From Octopus vulgaris (lineage: Eukaryota), in contig OX597822.1 of the NCBI GenBank assembly GCA_951406725.2, positions 63,178,001 through 63,242,000 on the forward strand: a DNA stretch of 64,000 bases, given 5' to 3'. Below the pieces are notes generated by a model. That model worked only from the letters and a program-made list of their open reading frames with translations. It did not search any database and had not been told where the DNA came from. The position numbers and the translations under genes were made by a program. This document shows, piece by piece, positions 62,522 to 64,000 of the stretch; the first letter of the stretch is position 1; each line of letters opens with the position of its first letter.

Positions 62522-63813
62522 GGGAGAATTCACAAAAACAAAAGACGACAGGTGGTGTAGACAACAAACAGATGTATTAGTATAATGCTTGGGAAGTGAA
62601 AAAGTCTTTAACGTTTTGAGCCTACGCTCTTCCACAGAAAGAAACAAGGAGAAAAAATAAAGAATGTGTAGTGGCTAGTGATACGGCAGGTTTCTTTTAG
62701 GTTCCATCTGCCAAATCCACTCACAAGGCTTTTGTTAGCCTGAGGCTATAGTAGAAAACACTTGCCCCAAGGTGCCATGCAGTAGGACTGAACCCAGAAC
62801 CATGTGGGAAACAAGCTTCTTACCACACAGCCACACCTCCTTTTCTCTCTCTCTCTCTCTACCTGTATATATATATATTTCTATTTACCTCCACACTGTA
62901 GCCAAAGCACGTTCAATATCCACTCGGCCATGCCAAATCATCAGTGTCTAAACTGCTGTGCCCAGTCATCGCATTCCAGTCTTATTAGACAGATGCAGGT
63001 ATGGCTGTGTGATAAGAAGTTGGCATTTCAAACAGATGGTTCTTGTTCCGGTCCCATTGCATGACACCTTGGGGAATTGTCTTGTATTATTGCCCCATCC
63101 TGACCAAAGCCTTGTGACAAAAACTAAAAAAAGCCCATTGTACATACGAGGGGATGCTGAAAAGTTCCTGACTCTGGGTAAAAGAAAATTCAGGAGGATC
63201 AGTTAATTATGATTTTATTCAACATATTCCCCTCTCAGATTCACACACTTATTGCAGCAGTCCTTCAGTTTTTCTAAGCCCTGTAAAAGAACTTGGAAGG
63301 TTGGGCCTCCATCCAAGCCTTTCATGACACCCTTAAAACCAGGAACTTTTCAGTGTGTGTGTGTTCATACATGCGTGCATGTGTGCATGTTTGTCCCCAG
63401 CTACCACTTGACAACCAGTGTTGGTTTGTTTGCATCCCTGTAACTTAGCAGTTCAGCAGCAAGAGACTGATAGAATGAGTATCAGACTTAGAAAAAAAAT
63501 AAGTGCTGGGGTCAATTTCTTCAACTTAATCTTTCAGAGCATTGCCCCAACATGGCTGCAGCCTGAAACATGTAAAAACAAAAGAAAAAAAGGTTACCCA
63601 ATCAGCTTCTCCCTTCACATCCTATCCCAGTGCATAAAGCTTGAGTTTTTAAGATCTAATCTAGTCTAACTACCTTAGTGCATCGTTTGTTTAACTTTCA
63701 TTTATTTTTGTTTCTTTCTTTTACAGTTTAAATCATTGTTTTTTGGATCATCTCAACAAAGTGAGAAAGAAAGTGCACCAGTGTTAGCCATAGATACTGA
63801 TGATGAAGATTAA
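46003..63813 (+). CDS. RAD9A: Cell-cycle checkpoint protein RAD9 (9-1-1 clamp), 467 aa; join(46003..46042,46286..46356,48784..48939,49407..49521,50231..50330,50992..51095,52215..52321,53413..53477,55195..55326,55623..55706,58265..58502,59212..59316,63727..63813)
   Basis: VFARAIHSLAKIGEELYIE, LKTVNSSRSAFASF, LRCKISIKS, LHCKHGIIKTHNL, ITFCLKELRAILSFAE, FVLATL, IPGTPPSKKFKSLFFGS, VLAIDTDDED*; all GT-AG, 1404 nt in frame; likely co-orthologue of RAD9A/RAD9B. Confidence 0.95.
46286..46356 (+). CDS. RAD9A: RAD9 exon 2
   Basis: VFARAIHSLAKIGEELYIEQLDDG. Confidence 0.94.
48215..48720 (-). mobile_element. Non-autonomous Helitron
   Basis: Minus strand starts TC at 48720 and ends with hairpin CCCGAGCAACGCCGGG then CTAG at 48215; A|T insertion site, no TSD. 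Confidence 0.8.
48784..48939 (+). CDS. RAD9A: RAD9 exon 3
   Basis: LYLKTVNSSRSAFASFQFNPKFF...EPLRCKISIK. Confidence 0.95.
49407..49521 (+). CDS. RAD9A: RAD9 exon 4
   Basis: SCLKIFKSVATIEKTVQKCKITL...LHCKH. Confidence 0.95.
50231..50330 (+). CDS. RAD9A: RAD9 exon 5
   Basis: GIIKTHNLAFIECEMLQAVFDADDCENLLIASS. Confidence 0.95.
50992..51095 (+). CDS. RAD9A: RAD9 exon 6
   Basis: LLCDAVLNFQNNQEEITLEVSKEKISFKNHVDEP. Confidence 0.93.
52215..52321 (+). CDS. RAD9A: RAD9 exon 7
   Basis: DPKKYMRTELNLLPDEFEECKIANNTNITFCLKELR. Confidence 0.95.
53413..53477 (+). CDS. RAD9A: RAD9 exon 8
   Basis: AILSFAEATNLPVKLYFDTYG. Confidence 0.94.
55195..55326 (+). CDS. RAD9A: RAD9 exon 9
   Basis: PIIYSIQSERLFEANFVLATLAENEDNTCSQ... 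Confidence 0.93.
55623..55706 (+). CDS. RAD9A: RAD9 exon 10 (tail)
   Basis: Strong pyrimidine tract plus CAG, KQSKLSAHSSKASPGKHKGSDREAANN, GTAAGT; phase 2-2. Confidence 0.78.
57080..57164 (-). ncRNA. Type I hammerhead ribozyme with long stem II (G12A mutation), inside a ~56790-57290 repeat
   Basis: ACTGTA-CTGAAGA-G...GGAGT...ACTCC-aAAA-CGC-GTC^TACAGT; 6-bp stem I, palindromic ACGCGT stem III. Confidence 0.6.
57685..58246 (+). mobile_element. Internally deleted mariner transposon
   Basis: TA TSDs; TIRs TTGGGTTGTCCGGAAAGTTCGTGCTGATTT / AAATCAGCACAAACTTTCCAGACAACCCTA; MEDKKVHF N-terminus fused to [28 protein letters not shown]. Confidence 0.93.
58265..58502 (+). CDS. RAD9A: RAD9 exon 11 (acidic/Ser-rich tail)
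   Basis: PTSCQMDADDSFNDDSIFVEWDEF...SPVIAVQ; TTAG acceptor keeps phase, CAG|GTAAGG donor. Confidence 0.78.
59212..59316 (+). CDS. RAD9A: RAD9 exon 12
   Basis: FIPKPNL...DDSEDDVIPGTPPSKK; TTCCAG / GTAAGA. Confidence 0.9.
59800..60020 (+). repeat. Degenerate ~30-bp tandem repeat (GGTGCTTTTTACATGGCACCAGCAC-like) inside a family C element
   Basis: About 7 imperfect units seen directly. Confidence 0.7.
60149..60733 (+). mobile_element. SINE family A, partial tandem dimer
   Basis: Two heads (60149 and ~60422) and one tail. Confidence 0.88.
60947..61333 (-). mobile_element. SINE family A, inverted relative to 60149-60733
   Basis: Near full-length reverse-complement copy. Confidence 0.9.
62095..62468 (-). 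mobile_element. RTE-clade LINE ORF 3' fragment
   Basis: LYGSETWATTKREEQRLVTAQRAMERSMLGISLREHI...KWSGHVA*...WYP...RPLGRPSRRWSYD. Confidence 0.88.
62605..62642 (-). ncRNA. Variant/degenerate minimal hammerhead motif in a ~62520-62690 repeat
   Basis: TCTTT-CTGTGGA-A-GAGC gtag GCTC-aAAA-C-GTT^AAAGA; stems I and II perfect, core differs at A6 and G12. Confidence 0.5.
63146..63352 (+). mobile_element. mariner-like MITE fragment
   Basis: TA|CGAGGGGATGCTGAAAAGTTCCTG terminus and CAGGAACTTTTCAG inverted counterpart. Confidence 0.6.
63727..63813 (+). CDS. RAD9A: RAD9 terminal exon 13
   Basis: FKSLFFGSSQQSEKESAPVLAIDTDDED*; cf. human FRSLFFGS...VLAEDSEGEG. Confidence 0.93.
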   Translation, partial: FKSLFFGSSQQSEKESAPVLAIDTDDED

Positions 63814-63935
63814 TTTATCACTATAATTTACTCTACACCATTCCCAAAAGAAACAAACTTTTGTGAAAAGGAAGTTCATCTGTTTCTGTTTTGTTTGATG
63901 CCTAAATTATATACATATTTTTGTACGTATGTATG

Positions 63936-63983
<48 letters not shown>

Positions 63984-64000
63984 TACGAAAATGTTTTATA

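Overview
AT-rich, microsatellite- and SINE-dense animal genomic DNA; the repeat families suggest an octopus/coleoid cephalopod (inference). Three complete spliced housekeeping genes were reconstructed by hand with GT-AG junctions and consistent phases: PSMB4 (+, 7 exons, 14125-25711, 262 aa), VPS29 (-, 4 coding exons, 45735-32259, 182 aa) and RAD9 (+, 13 exons, 46003-63813, 467 aa). VPS29 and RAD9 are head-to-head with 267 bp between start codons, the same arrangement as human VPS29/RAD9B. The remainder is a mosaic of SINEs and RTE, R4/Dong, Penelope, Helitron, Tc1/mariner, hAT, piggyBac and Merlin-like remnants. The most striking unexplained signal is a set of eight minimal type I hammerhead-ribozyme motifs at six loci with unrelated flanks. 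They include a TSD-flanked inverted dimer of a tRNA-headed hammerhead element and a ~350-nt tandem-plus-inverted retrozyme-like repeat, both in VPS29 intron 2. All calls were made by eye; no searches or folding programs were run.
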